DNA of 26,400 bases from a virus. Shown one piece after another: positions 25,867 through 26,400 of the stretch. The stretch lies in the UHGV virus genome UHGV-0369576. One strand, written 5' to 3'. The translations under genes and the position numbers were made by a program. A model generated the notes under the pieces. The model saw nothing but the letters and a program-made list of their open reading frames with translations, searched no databases and was not told the origin of the DNA. The stretch's first letter is position 1; each line of letters begins with the position of its first letter.

Positions 25867-26022
25867 ATGGATACTATCGATCTTGGCAACAACGAATCTC
25901 TGGTGTACGGCGTGTTTCCCAACCAGGACGGCACGTTCACCGCGATGACGTATACCAAAAGCAAAACGTTTAAAACCGAAAATGGTGCCCGTCGCTGGCT
26001 GGAAAGAAACTCAGGTGAGTGA
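25867..26022 (+). CDS. Small early-left protein (YdaF-like, 51 aa)
   Basis: ATG with GAGG SD; MDTIDLGNNESLVYGVFPNQDGTF...; family call from memory. Confidence 0.5.
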   Translation: MDTIDLGNNESLVYGVFPNQDGTFTAMTYTKSKTFKTENGARRWLERNSGE

Positions 26023-26023
26023 T

Positions 26024-26152
26024 ATGGATTTCGACACAATCATGGAAAAGGCTTACGAAGAATACTTCGAAGACCTTGCCGAAGGCGAAGAAGCTCTCAG
26101 CTTCAGTGAGTTTAAACAGGCGCTTTCCAGCTCGGCAAAATCTAACGGCTGA
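26024..26152 (+). CDS. Small acidic early-left protein (YdaG-like, 42 aa), not in the ORF track
   Basis: ATG 1 nt after the preceding stop; MDFDTIMEKAYEEYFEDLAEGEEALSFSEFKQALSSSAKSNG. Confidence 0.45.
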   Translation: MDFDTIMEKAYEEYFEDLAEGEEALSFSEFKQALSSSAKSNG

Positions 26153-26181
26153 TAAGCGAAGTAGCACCGCGAGGAATCAGT

Positions 26182-26400
26182 ATGCAGAAACGAGAACCCG
26201 TCATAATCGCGCCAGACTATACCGATGATGAACTTTATGAGTGGATGCGCCAGAAAATTAATGCAGCGCAGGATCTGAAATGGGCTAATGAAGCCAGGGC
26301 TAAGCAGGCTGAAAATCTGTCCGCTCTGGAGCAGGATATCACCAATCTGGAAAAAGCAGCGGCATTAAGCATTGCCAGAATGATTACATACCCGCGTTAA
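26182..26400 (+). CDS. Hypothetical protein (72 aa)
   Basis: ATG with GAGGAA SD; stop at the window end. Confidence 0.5.
   Translation: MQKREPVIIAPDYTDDELYEWMRQKINAAQDLKWANEARAKQAENLSALEQDITNLEKAAALSIARMITYPR

Overview
The window is almost entirely one lambdoid (siphovirus-type, temperate) enterobacterial prophage, transcribed mostly on the minus strand. From high to low coordinates: an immunity region (plus-strand HTH repressor flanked by palindromic operators, with Cro/YdaS-like and YdaT-like genes divergent from it); replication genes (O-like initiator containing an iteron array, DnaC-like loader); a nin-type accessory region (two hypothetical proteins, a Cys-rich DUF208/QueH-like protein, an orphan Hok-family toxin, an AT-rich lipoprotein moron, a DUF968 protein, RusA); a Q-like antiterminator with pR'/tR'; four tRNA genes; a phage-21-type lysis cassette (pinholin, SAR endolysin, Rz/Rz1) interrupted by an uncharacterised 104-aa gene; a plus-strand GNAT-like moron; HK97-type packaging and head genes (HNH, TerS, TerL, portal, protease, major capsid, connectors); and lambda-type tail genes (major tail, G/GT frameshift chaperone, tape measure, M, L, start of K). 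The most unusual structural observation is that gene L is broken by a 258-bp internal inversion bounded by 27-bp imperfect inverted repeats. The best candidates for undescribed functions are the 104-aa gene inside the lysis cassette, the GNAT-like moron, the DUF208/QueH-like gene next to an orphan hok, and the AT-rich lipoprotein. No integrase, att site, CRISPR array or IS element was seen. All product names come from motif-level recognition and gene order; no database search was run, and small-motif coordinates may be off by a few nt.
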